Part shown: piece by piece, positions 41,286-54,538 of the stretch
Position numbering within the stretch: the first letter of the stretch is position 1
Layout: each line of letters opens with the position of its first letter
Assembly: GCF_009914755.1 (NCBI RefSeq)
Contig: NC_060934.1
Source of the DNA: the human T2T-CHM13v2.0 reference genome, Homo sapiens
DNA length: 64,000 nucleotides
Reading direction: 5' to 3' (one strand)
Notes under the pieces: model-generated
Database searches by the model: none
The model's input: the letters and a program-made list of their open reading frames with translations, nothing else
What the model was told of the DNA's origin: nothing
Made by a program: the position numbers and the translations under genes

Positions 41286-44200
41286 TTAGAACAATCCATT
41301 AAGATTATGAGAAGAACTACTGAAGTATATCCTGCTGGCTGTGCGTCAGAAGATTTTTTTTGCATCTGCAGGAGGGTACATTATTGTGTTCAAGGCTTTT
41401 GGATGCCTGCATTTGTGTTCTGATAAATTATTAAAACGACTCTTTCATCCAGTTCCTCCTCCTCCGGTCCTTCTTAATCTCCTGCAACATGTGAACTAGC
41501 TTTTGTAGCTAAATGAGTTAGGTCAGAAGAGAATGCCAGTTGATTTAAGCAGACTTATGTCCCCAGAACTCTGAAGAAGGATGCTGGCAGCCTGAATCAG
41601 TGTTGACCATCATTAAAGAAGAACATCGACTCTATCCCATTGGTGGGGTTTCAGCTTAGCTTAGCTATCTGTAAAACTGAGGAAGACACCATTAATTGCA
41701 GGATCTCTAGGCTTCAGAGTGGGAGCAAAATACATGTGGATGGGTATCAATTTTGCCAGACTGCAGTAAATTCTTTTGCTAGCTACCATCAAACAACACT
41801 CTCAAAGGCCAGCAGTGGAGGAGGAGAGAGCCACATGCTTGCATTTATGAGTTTCTCCTCTGCAGAGCTGGGGCAGAATGAGCCCTTGGAGACTGCAGAA
41901 GAGAAGGTGGGATGTGGGGAAGTGGTGGGTGGGAGGGAGACCTGAAATCACAGCACTGCTGCAGGGAAAGCTGTCTTTTTCAAGCTGTTTGGCAGTGGTC
42001 TGATTTCCACTTACATAGTTCCCCTGGGGAAGACAAACCAGTACAGCCCAGAGACCCACATATAGAGGCTCTCAGAACTCATAGCGCCTTCTCAGGTAGG
42101 AATTGGCATTAAAGACTGCCTCAGCCATCCCTCTCCCTGCTTGGCTTATGGGCAAGGACATTAAGCCAGGCCTTTTTGCTGCAAAGACACATTCTTGGCT
42201 GGCGAGTGCAGCACCAACCTGAAAGTAGTGTGTTGAGAATCCAAATTCCTGAGGAACATATATTCTCTGACCACAGAAAAATAATCTTGGAGAAAATGGT
42301 GTCTGAAGGCTTGGCCTGCAAGCATTTGCTGGCCCTCTGAGGTTATCAAGTCCAGGTGGCTTTTGGTTATCTTAGTGAATGTTCCTTTCAGGAGAGAAGT
42401 TGTCTGAGAGGACCATCTATCTTGCCCCATGTCTCACTCATGGGTGAGATTTTTTTTTCACCAGCAGAGAATCCATGTATCTGGAGTTCATTTTTTCTGG
42501 CTGTTCTTTTCCTGCCTGAGATTTCTCTGTGTTGCCATGGGAGGAGGCGGAAGTGAGTCAGGGAAAGGAGGCTGGAATTGGAATATCCTAAATGTAAGAG
42601 GTGGGGAATGTCATATGGGGAGGTGCATCTTGACTTCCAGATAGAAAACAGTCATGTTCTAGAAATGTCTCCAGTGAAGCTGGGAGGCTGGGAAAGGGAA
42701 AGGAGGATGATGCTTTGCAGTCCACGGTCATTCCCACTGAAAGTCAATGTGCTTGAAACTGGGTTGATCCATTGTCTCCAAATCTAATTCAAAGGTTTTG
42801 GGTTCGGTAAAAGCCAGGCCATGTTTTGCCAAACATTTTTTCCCTTAATTTCAAAGCCCCTGTGTATTTTAAGGGAAATTTAATCCACATGTTTCTGATT
42901 CATTTACACTTAACTCATCAAAATATTGTTTTGTAAGAGCCATTTGATGTCCAAGAAGCCTCAGGAACCATTTTTATGAGTCTTTAAAAAAACTTCTTCT
43001 GAAAAACAGGAAGTCATGTTTTGCCAATAATAAATGAACTTGAACCCCAAAAGGCTTAATTTTCCTTCAGCATCCACCAGGTTCCAATTGGTTCTGAACT
43101 TGGCTAAGGACCTCATCTCCACCCCAGAAACATACGTTGTTTCAGCAGAATGGCTCATAAAAAGAGGCTTCCTCATCAAAACTTGATTGTTCTCTGAACA
43201 AGAAGATCGAGGATGAGAACTGCCATTCTGTCAGTGTCCTAATTTGTTAATTCTAGAACAGAAAACAGAAAAGCACCTGCTGGTGGTGGTATGAGGATCT
43301 AACTTTTTCTCCTAAATTAATCATAAGAGACAGCACTCTACAAGATCAGAAATGACCCACAATGCAAGGGGCTGCCATGACAGGCGGTGAGGTATCCACA
43401 TAGGGGTTGCATGACTGTCAGGGAGATGTGAAATGGATTCCTGTGTTGAATAGGCACTCGGCTGAATGATTTCTAAGGGCTCTTTCCAAATGTAACATTC
43501 TTTGCATTATTAATGCTGTTATTTGCATGTAGATGTGATACCGTAGAACCTTTGAAATTCAATAAAATAAGTGCAAATATCTGGAAAGATGCTTGTCACA
43601 CAGCAAGTATTCAATACACACTGGAGTGCAGGGGTTGTTATTTTAATAGACACTTTCTCTGGATGATTCTACTCATAAGTTTATACCTTCTCCCCAATCC
43701 CTGTTTTGACCTGGGACAAATATTTTCAGAGTATTCGTCAAGGTTGAATAGTGTGAATCCACCATGCCCACTCTGGGATAATTCTGTGATTTTGGCCTAT
43801 TGGCCACAGATAAATGACTCAGCAGTGCTTCCTTAATGGCACATGATTTCTCAGAGAGGTGAACAGATACTTCTTCTACCTTTGAGCTGCCCTAGCTGGA
43901 CACTGACACCTGTTGACATGGAGGAGCCCTGCAACCTCAGCCAGCTCCGTGCATTCACTGTGGGTTTTCTTTATGAATCTAATAGGAACAAAAACACCTT
44001 CAACCCAGTTATTATCATTAGGGTCACATGTAGAACGGATTATGAAAGTCTTTTCTTTCTGTCTTTTTAACAGAGAGTGAGAGAGGTTGTACTGATAGAA
44101 GCCCAGTGACACCGTTTCTCTAGAGAGGTTCTGGAGTGACTTTGCATAGAAATTAGAGGAGAGCTGGTGGTGTAGACAGACAGTCTTGAATGCAGATAAT

Positions 44201-46060
44201 TTCAGTAACTTGTTTGAGGTCTCATGCTATGGAATGGTAGAATTCCTAACCACTCCACCATACCATTTCCTTCTGGCTGATGTCGTAATATCAAAGGGGA
44301 AGAAAGCTCTAACTCTAAATCAACAGTAACATCTTGATGCCCAAATTCTGCATTTGTTCATTCATTTGCAAACCTTTCCTGGGATCTTCATGCCAGTCAC
44401 TATATTAGACACCAAGAATACAAAAATGAATGAGACACTGGCCCTGAGTTCATGGTACACTCAGAATATTAATGACAACTTCCCATGAGGATGTTAAAGA
44501 ATGAGGATGAACACTCGAGATCACGTGAGGAGGCTTCTATGAGGAGACGCAAATCCTGCTAAGCCCATGGCTGCAGATATTTTTTCCCCCAAGTCCTCAG
44601 ATTAGCGGTATAAAGACCACAGACTGATATGCTTTCCAACAGGGATATAAGGTGCCAAGAGTAATTTTTCTATCTCGAGTCTGGGGGTCCACCTTTTGGG
44701 TGGTTACCTCAGGGCCAGGGCAGAGACAAGGAATACAATGTTTCCTTGTGTGATGATCAGATAACTCCAGGCCAAGGCCATAAAGCAGTCACTCTCTGTC
44801 AGGTATTGGATTGAGCTTCCTGTTGAGCAAAAGGGATGTTGAAAGCCTCTGGCCTCTGCCCAAGCCAGCCTCCCCTCATTTACAATAGGCACTTGTATCT
44901 ACTGACAAGACAACTGGCCCCTGCCCCCCCTCTCCTCAGAGTGATTCTTTGAAAAGTCTTATCATGATAAATTAATTGGCTTGGCTCCTCTCTCATCAAG
45001 GAAGCAGAAGGAGCATCTGTTGTAACCTGACCACTCCAAGCTCTTTGTACTAGGTACTCCCCTTGATCAGTTCCTGATAGGCCTGGGCTGGAATGAAGGT
45101 CTGGCTGGAGGCACTTGCTTACCATTCCCTGCCCCGTATCCCCCCACCAGGTTTTCTTTGCATTAAGAGAAAGAGAAAGAATTATATTTTCCAGGGCAGC
45201 CTACTCTGCCTTAAACAGGAAGTGATGTAAGAAAGCCATATTTGGCCAGATGGATTTTGCTTTAGGCACCCCCCACCCCTGATTATAGTTTTCCCTTATG
45301 GTCTTCATGTGTCAAAATTTTTTATCTGCCAAGCTTATATTTATTGACAATTAATTTTCCTGTTTGTTTTAAAGACAACTGTAATGACAACCAGTTCTTC
45401 AGATCAAAAAGAGGATAACCCCACACTACCACATTAGGTTGTTGTCCAGAGCCCTCAGAAAAGGAAGCCCAGATTTCACTTAGCCTCTTAATTTTTAAAA
45501 TAGCTGAAAAGATTTTCAAAACACTGGAAATGGCTCTAAAGCTGGCACGACCATCTCTGGGCACTCCTTTAGTTCTGGGGACCCCCAGCTTGACAAGCAT
45601 TGGTCTAGGGCTAGGTTTCTAGCGGCATATCTCTCCAGCATGCATCTTAGAAAGGGAGATTTATTTTCTCAAGCTTTGCTGGTGGATCATAGGAAAAGAT
45701 TTTATACCTCTTGACTTGGCTAAAGCTTAGGCACACAAAAAAGCCTCATGGGCATTACATCAACTGGCACAGAGAAAATGCTCAATAAAAATGTGTTGGA
45801 TGAATAAGTAAATGAACAAATGGCAAGAATTTTAGGAACCTTTTATGATTAATCCTCTAAGTATGAGAAGGGAGCGTTTACTTGGAGTAAAAGCTATTTA
45901 CCAGAAATTATTTGAAACCTCCAAAGAGCAGGTATGGTGATTCCAGAGGCAAAAAGTTTTTGATAAGATTAGTGAATGGAGATGAGTCTTGAAGGGGTCC
46001 CAAATGGTATGGGGTGGGAGCCCCTCAGGTGGCCTTTCTGCCATCTTTCTGAGGACTTAC

Positions 46061-46206
46061 TTGTGGTGGTTTGTGCAGTGAGCATAAATCCTTAGTTTGT
46101 CCCGGATCACTCGGCCAGGCCGTGGCTTCCGCTGGAGCCCAGCCACATGCACAGCCAAGACTTTGGGGCCGATCAGGCGCTTGTAGAGGAGAGAGAGCCA
46201 GTAGTC
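46061..46206 (-). CDS. HPSE2: HPSE2 coding exon 10 (146 nt): [48 protein letters not shown](N)
   Basis: Acceptor ctctattctcctcag|GAC, donor CAA|gtaagt. Contains the conserved heparanase motifs [11 protein letters not shown] and LRIYAHCT (seen within ORF 46057-46290). Confidence 0.98.
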
Positions 46207-46272
46207 CTGAGGAGAATAGAGAGGGAGAGGGTCAGCGAGAGAACACATGCTCAGGTGTTCTGAGTAAACATG

Positions 46273-46292
46273 ACACACACACACACACACAC
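46273..46292. repeat. (AC)10 microsatellite upstream of the exon 10 acceptor
   Basis: Seen directly. Confidence 0.95.
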
Positions 46293-48227
46293 GGGCCAGA
46301 AATCACTTCCTACCTGGAGTCATGAGTCATGACCAATGCAGCCCTAAGCCTACAAGCATGGTCAGCCCCATGAAACACGAACGTGGGTTGATAATGAAAT
46401 GGACACTGTCTAAAGTGGCCTTTCAACTAAACTGGGATGTGTAAGTGGAGTCGATCCACAGCAGCATATGAACAAATCAATCAAGGATTTTCATATATGA
46501 AATAAAACCATTTGAGGCTTTACATTTTCAACTTTCTTTTCCTATGACTTTACTTTTATAGCGGCTTATGATTTCTGTTTAATTATGGAATGGATTATTT
46601 CCATTCCTTAGAATTGTTACTAACATGATCATCCAAACTGTCATTCTCCAAATATTATCACTGAAGACTACTAGTGCAGTGGGACTGAGGTGAAGCTTCT
46701 CCACATAGGAGACCAGAGTCCTTGATTCCAGAGCCAGAAAGGCAAACAGAAAAATGTTTGCAACCACGGTGCTAATTCTTGGTTATCCTCAACAGTTTGA
46801 CAATAAAAAGTGTAATTCTAAACTAAAAAGAATGTGATGCTTTAATCATTCCATGTGTAATTGATTTAAAAATTTTCAATCTGTGGCACACATTTATATG
46901 AGCTTACAAAAACCCACCTTAATTTCTGTTGCATTTGCTATTATCATATTTTGTGTTTGCATCTGACATAAATATAAAATTTACATTTCTGTTATGCAAG
47001 CTCTTACCAGCTATTGTGAGGTAATGACTTCAGTGTTTATAACTCACTGTATAAAACAGGGCTTCCTAATAACATTTAGGACCCCCTACCCCACTCAAAT
47101 TCCTGAATTCAGTGAATATACTATTCAGTGCATACTCTTCAATGCCTTAAAGACATCAATCGTGATTTATTAAACTTCATATTTTCAGGCAGAAGCCTTC
47201 TGATAATCTTTTTTTTTTCTTGTGTGGTCATTTATAATATCAGCTGCTTAAAAATATCTGATGAACTGCATAAATCAGAATAAAGTCTCAAAGCCCCTTT
47301 GCCACTAGAATGGCTCCAAATCTGCCCTGAGTAGTGTGCTCTAAGCCATGCACAACCATTTACTTTAATTTTAAGTGGCCTTAGGATGGCTGTTAAATAT
47401 GGTCTCCTAATATTAAAAAAGGCAAATAATCATTATCAATTATATAGATGGAAAAAGTGTTGTGGGTTTAAGATGCTCAAATTTGATTACAATTTCTGTG
47501 TTTTTGATGATTACTTTATGAAGTGGTTTTCACATTGCAAGGGAATTTCCACCTTTTTCTTACTGATTTGCAATGTACTTTCTTTTAAATAATAAAAGTA
47601 AAAAACTGTAAGTTAGCTAGGATTAGCTCACTATTTTCTCAGTAGCTCCTCTGATATAGTAATAGGGATTATTATTCTTATTTTACAGATATGAGAATGT
47701 TTCAAGGGGTATCTCAGGTCACAAAACTAGTGAATGGTAGACTATGAAAGCAAATAGGGATCCATTTGCCTCCAATGGCTGTACAACGCTTTCCTTCATG
47801 CTGTGAAGTACAAAGTCATATTATATAAAGACACAAGGCAGCTGAAAAACAAGGAATTCAACCTAAAGGGTGGGTATAGAATCCGGAAGGGATCCTTAGT
47901 TTTTTGTATAGAGGTTGCCAAAATTTAATTTCTGATTTTTACACTCACAAAGCATTTAGAACACAAGAACAGCAAATGCACAAAACACTTCTGTTTCTCC
48001 AATTCCGGCTCACTACAGTTCTTTCCCATTTTTCTTATCCTTCATTCCAATGTCTTATCACAAACACCCCTGTTTTTATTTAGGTAATTTGAAAAAGCTA
48101 AACAGGCTTTCTCTCAAACTTGCATTTGGGTATAGCCATTACCTTTGTGTCGTAGCAATTTTCACTTAATGTGAGACATGTTTGTAAGCAAGCCACTCAC
48201 ATTTGGAAGAAAGAGATATTATGTTTA

Positions 48228-48562
<335 letters not shown>

Positions 48563-48799
48563 TCAATAATTATGTAGAGATAAAAAATAAACTTATATAA
48601 TCCCCACCATAATTGAGTGGCAAACTTTAGATTTATTAACTTGAAACCTGTCTGCTTTTCAATAGGAGATAGCTAAATGCCATGTCACTCTCTAAAAAAG
48701 GAGATGAGGATACCTGGGTAAAACTCTAAAGATGTTTGGGATAGATATATAAAAGAAGTTGATAAGGTTAATTCCTAATGACCAACATTTTTTCCCAAT

Positions 48800-51700
48800 T
48801 TTTTTTTACTGTGGGGAGATCCACATAACATAAAATTTACCATCTTAACCATTTTTAAGTGTACAGTTCAGTGGTATTATGTAAATTCATAATGTTGTCT
48901 AACCATCACCACTGTCCATCTCTATAACTTGTCATCTTGTAAAACTGAAACTCTGTACCCATTAAACATTAACTCTTCATTCCCCCTCCCCCAATCTCTG
49001 GCAACCATCGTTCCACTTTCTGCCTCTGTGACTATTCTAAGTATCTCATATAAATGAACTCATAGTATTTGTCTTTTTGTGACTGGCTTATTTCACTTAG
49101 CATAGTGTCCTCAAGGTTCATCCATGTTGTAGCATATGTCAGAATTTTCTTCTTTTGTAAGGCTGAATAATATTCCATTGCATTTGTATACCACATTTGA
49201 ACTTAATTTGCAGCCTAACACATGGCTTATCCTGCAAAATGTCCCATATGCAATGAGAAAAAATGTATATGCTATTGTTGCTGGGTAAAGTGTTTGGTGT
49301 GTCTGTTAGATCTAGTTGGTTTATTATGTTGTTTAACTCCTCTACTTCTTTATTTCTGTATTGTTTTCTTATCATTATTGAGAATGGGATATTGAAGTCT
49401 TCAACTGTTATTGCAGAAGTGTCTGTTTCTCTTTCAATTCTGGCAACTTTCACTTCATATTTTTTTGTGATCTGTAATCAGGTGTGTAAACATAATGTTA
49501 TATATTATTGCTGCACTGAAACTTTTATTAATATATAATTTCCTTCTTTGTCTCTTATAATCTTTTAAAATTTAAAATCTATTTTGTCTGATATTAATAA
49601 AGCTGCCCCTACTCTCTTTTGGTTACTATTTTTATGGAATATATTTTTCCATCCTTTCAATCTGTTTGTGTTTTTGGGTCTAAAGTGAATCTCTGTGCAG
49701 ACAGCATAGAGTTGGATCCTGTTTTTCTTTTAAAATCTTTTCTGCCAACCTCTGTCTTTTGACTGGAGAGTTTAATCAATTTACATTTAAAGTAACTACT
49801 GATAAGGAGGGACATCTGTCATTTTGCTGTTTTCTATGTTACAGCTTTTTTGTACCTCCTTTCCTATATCACTATCTTCTTTTGTGTTTAGTTGATATTT
49901 TTTAGTGAAATGTTTAAATTCCTTTCTCATTACCTTTTGTGCATATTCTATAACTATTTTCTTTGTGGTTACTTTGGTATTACATTTAACATCCTAATTA
50001 TAACACTCTAATTTGCATTTATACCAGCTTAACTTTAACAACATACAAAAACTCTGCTCCTTTACAGCTCTGTCCTCACCCTTCTCAATTGTTTGAAATG
50101 CTTGTTCTCCGGTGCCATAAAGAAATAGCACTTGAACATAAATTTAATTTATTTAGTAAGGCCATTTTTACTTCCTGCAGAAAGGGTACACCTGCAAGCA
50201 GTTTTGCCATGAGAGTATACTGAACAAAGGAGACAGGGTCATTTATAACCTGACGCATCCACCCTACTGCTATGTCTGGTTTCCATTGGCTGGAACGGGA
50301 CCTCACATTCTGTATTTGTCCCAATTGGCTAGCAACTTAGAACTGTTTAAAAGAGGCAAAGGTAGAGGAGAACAAAGGAAGGAGGAAGTAACTTGTGGAA
50401 TGCTGAGAAAGATAAAAACACTTTTAAATAAGGAAGAGGAACAGGCTATGACCTAATGCTTGCTTGGACCAATATAAGCATGCCAGGGCAAATATTTAGG
50501 CTAAATTGTGGGAGCTAAGAACATAAAGTACATTGATTTCTTTATTATGGCTAGCAGATATTTAAGAATGTTAGCACAGGTCTTTGAATAAATTTTGCTT
50601 TTAAGAGAAGTTACTATTTATTCCTAATTAGACAGGGAGGAAAGTCTTTGAAGAGGAACTTCTATTTCTCTTTTTACATCAATGGTTGATGTCACAAAAT
50701 TACATCTTGATACATTGTGTGTCCCCAAAACATAAACTGATAATTCTTTTAAATACATTATTCTCATAAATTATGTAGAAACAAAAATTGGAGTTACAAA
50801 CCAAAGTAACAATAACACTAGCTTCTAGACTAATAATTGTTTTTAAAAGAGGTATTAGTCTGTTAAAACATGCAGAAAAAAAGTTTAAAACCTATTGTCT
50901 TAATAGGAGTTAAAACCTATTATTACAATAATGCCAGCTTGTATATTTGCTCATATACTTAATATTTATTGAGATCTTTATTTTTTCATACAACATTGAA
51001 TTACTGTCTAGTATACTTTCATTGCAACAAGCAGGACTCCCTTAAGCATTTTTTGCAGAGCAAGTCTAGTCATCACAAAATCTCTCAGCTTTTCTTTATT
51101 TGAGAATGTCTTAATTTCTCCCCTACTTTTGAAGAAAAAATTTTGATGGATATAGGATTCTTTGTTGACAGTTTTTTTTTTTCTTTTAGCACTTTGCATA
51201 TATTGGCTCACTGCCTTCTGGCCTTCAAAGTTTCTGATGAGAAATCTGCTGATAATCTTACTAAGAATTACTTATATTTGGCAATTCACTTCACTCATGC
51301 TGCTTTCAAGATTTGATTTGGCCTTTAAAATCTGATTAAAAGTGTCTTGGTGTGGGTCTCTTTAGATTCATCTTATTTAGAATTCATTGAGCTTCTTGGA
51401 TGTTTATGTGCATGTTCTTTATCAAATTTGAGACATTTTCAGCCATTATTTCATTGATTATTTTCTGTGATCCTTTTTCTCTTCTCCTTCTGGGACTCCC
51501 ACAGTGTGTATATTAGTCCACTTAATGGTGTCCCCCAGGTCCCTTTGGCCCTGTTCATTTTTCTTCAATCTTTTTTCTTTCTGTTCCTCAGACTAGATAA
51601 TTTCCACTGTCTTTGAATTTGCTGATTCTCTCTTCTGACTGCTCCAATTTGCCTTTGAATTCCTCTAATAAATTTTTATTTCAGTCACTATATTTTTCAG

Positions 51701-52780
51701 CTCCAGAATTTTTTTTTTGTTTCTTTACAGGTTTTCTTTCTCTTTACTGATATTCCATTTTGTTTATACATCATTTTCTTGACTGTTTCCACATCTTCAT
51801 TTAACGTCTTCAAGAGAATTGGTTTAAAGTCTTTGCTTAGTAGATCTGCCATCAAGTCTTTTTCAATAATGGTTTCTATGGATTTATTTATTTTTTTCTT
51901 TGAATGAGCCATACTTTCTTGTTTATTTGTATGCTTTGTAATTTTGTTGTTGTTGTTGGAAACTGGACATTTGAATCTAATAATGTGGTGACTCTGGAAA
52001 TCACATCCTCTTCCTCCCTAGGGTTTGCTGATTTTTAGTTGTTTTTGGTGTGTGTGTGTGTGTAAGTGTGGGTGAGTATGTGTGTGTTTAATTATTGTAG
52101 GCTGCCTCTGTGCCAAGGATCAGCCTGAGGTACAAACTTAAGGTCTTCTCAGGTCTTTTTTGAGCCTGCACCTTTTCTTGGGTATGCGTACTTTCTACTT
52201 TTCCCTGTATACACAGTTGCTTTTGAATGTTCCTGTATTTAATGTGTGAAAGGAAAAAGAGGAAAAAAGGAGGAGAGTAAAAAAACAAAACAAAACAAAA
52301 AGGCACCAATCTTTTAAATCCCCTACAGTCACTTCAGCCAGAGGGGGAGAGGCTTACATCAATGGAGAGAGGTGCAACAACAGTGGTTGCCTGCCTCTTT
52401 ATCTGCACCTTTTGGTCAGAAGCAGTAATCAGAGATGAGAGTAGAGATCCTTGGTATTTAGAGGATGGGGTATTTTTTGACCACTCTGACTTCCTGCAAG
52501 CTGTATGCAAACTGCTCCAGGAACACATACACAGCTACCTGCCATAGGGCTAAGAGGTGGGGAATGGGTAGTCACTACTGAGCTAAGAGCTGAAATTGAC
52601 CAAAATTAACTGCAATTCACCTTCCTAGCTTTCCCTTGAAACTTGCAAGACTTTAATAGACCTTAGAGTTCTAAAACAGTTACATGAGACAGACTCTGCC
52701 AGTGCAATTGTTGTCTGAGTGAAGAGACAGATTCATGATGCTTCCTATTCTACCATCTTTCCAGAATCCTCTGTAACATA
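48800..52780 (-). mobile_element. Old L1M/L1MB element (3' UTR, ORF2 and ORF1 remnants) split by an LTR insertion
   Basis: Antisense L1 3' UTR at 48800-49200. Endonuclease-like peptide in ORF 49139-49453 (ITVEDFNIPFS). ORF1-like peptide in ORF 51008-51211 (GEIKTFSNKEKLRDFV..R.ALQKMLKGVL). Confidence 0.85.
50090..50678 (-). mobile_element. Solo ERV1 LTR, LTR10C-like (HERV-I), 589 bp, with 5-bp TSD
   Basis: Minus strand runs TGTAAAAAGAG...CATTTCAAACA (TG...CA). TSD TCAAT at 50085-50089 and 50679-50683. Contains two CCAAT boxes, TTATAAAT and ATTAAA. Recognised as an LTR10-family sequence. Confidence 0.88.
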
Positions 52781-53164
52781 GCTTTTAATTTTGGTAGTAA
52801 CAATCCTTTAGTTGTATACAGTATAAATATTCTGTTCAAGTTTGTAGTTTGACTTTTATCACTTTTTATGGTTTTTTGACATGGAGAATTAAAAAAAAAT
52901 TATAGGAAAACACATCAATATTTTTCTCTTGGTTTCTTTTTTTAATTCTTAGTAAGTCCTTCCTCATATAAGGATTAGATACATCTTCACTTATATTTCT
53001 TCTAGTTCTTTTTTATATTATTTAAAGATTTAAACTTTTAATTCATTGAAAATGATTTGATGTATACTATTAAGTTTGCTATTTTTTAAGTAGTCTAGTA
53101 ATTATTTTAGTATCATATAATGAATAACCTATCCGTAAGCCCATCCTTATCACATACTAAGTAA

Positions 53165-53372
53165 TAGTAAGTCTTCACTTAATGTCATCAAGAGGTTCTT
53201 GGAAATTGTGACTTTAAGTGAAATGATGTGTAACAAAACCACTTTTTTCCTCATCAACATTACAATGAAATGACATTGAGCAAAATGACATTATTTGAGG
53301 ATTTGCTGTACATCATTTCACTTAAAGTCACAGTTTCTAAGAATCTATCAATGACATTAAATGAGGACTTTG
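53165..53372. mobile_element. MER6B-like Tigger MITE (palindromic)
   Basis: AGTCTTCACTTAATGTCATC...GTGACTTTAAGTGAAATGATG vs CATCATTTCACTTAAAGTCAC...ATGACATTAAATGAGGACTT long inverted arms. Confidence 0.75.
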
Positions 53373-54538
53373 TGTGTATGTGTGTGCATCTTATGATGTG
53401 GGATATTCATGATATACTGATAAACAATATATATAATTCTGTGTCTAGATTTTCTATTCTCTTCCACTGAACTCTCAATTTTTAATCAGTTTCACAGCAT
53501 TTTCATTATTATCATTTATTTTAATATCTACAGATTCAAGTCTATTTCATTATACTTTTATTATTTTGTTCAAACTTTTCTTATTTAGGCATATTTATTG
53601 AAAGCATTTTTGAAATTGATACATAATCAATATACATATTTTCAGGGTGCATGCAATAATTTAATTTGATCACAAATTTGTAAATATCAAGTCAATGTAA
53701 CTGAGATTTCCATCACCTCATACTCATTTGTTTTTCCAAATAAATTTTGAAATCATTTTCTTTTTTAAAAATGTCAATATTGACCTCAAGCAGAATGAGA
53801 TCATTTTCTTGTAGCACTGTTGCAGAGAATTTTGAAGCTAGCATGATTTTTGTTCTATGTATAGGTAGCCTGTTTATTTTCTAGTATTTGTGTTTTGCTA
53901 GGATGCTTATAGAAGTCATGTTTTATCCTTAATTTTATGAACTTTGGCCAGAAATCTGTCAATATGAGTTTCTGCATTAATTTGCCAGTATTAGGGAGAG
54001 CACTTTTGATCCGAAAGACAAACACTTTTCTTTAGCCTCTGAGAACTTTCTTTAAATATAGCTTTGAGGAGATTGGATCATCATGGTGGACGGGAGGCAG
54101 GACTAGATTGCAGCTCCAACTCGGACAGACAAAGCAGCATGCGGAGGCTCGCATCGTGAATTTTAGCTCCAGATCAACTGCAAGAACAACCAGCAATCCT
54201 GAGAGGACCCACAGACCCTCTGAAGGAAGTGGACTGCTTCTGCAGGACCTGGGAGACACCCTAAATACTGTGCTGGTATCCATGGCTGAGGGACCCATAG
54301 ATGGTTCCCATCACAGGACTCTGCAGACAACCCCCAGTACCAGCTCGGAACTGGGTAGACTTGCTGGGTGGCTAGACCCAGAAGACAGACAACAATCACT
54401 GCAGTTCAGCTCACAGGAAGCCACATCCATAGGAAAAGGAGGAGAGTACTACATCAAGGGAACACCCCATGGGACAAAAGATTCTGAACAACAGCCTTTA
54501 GCTGTAGACCTTCCTTCCCTCTGACAGAGCCTACCCAA

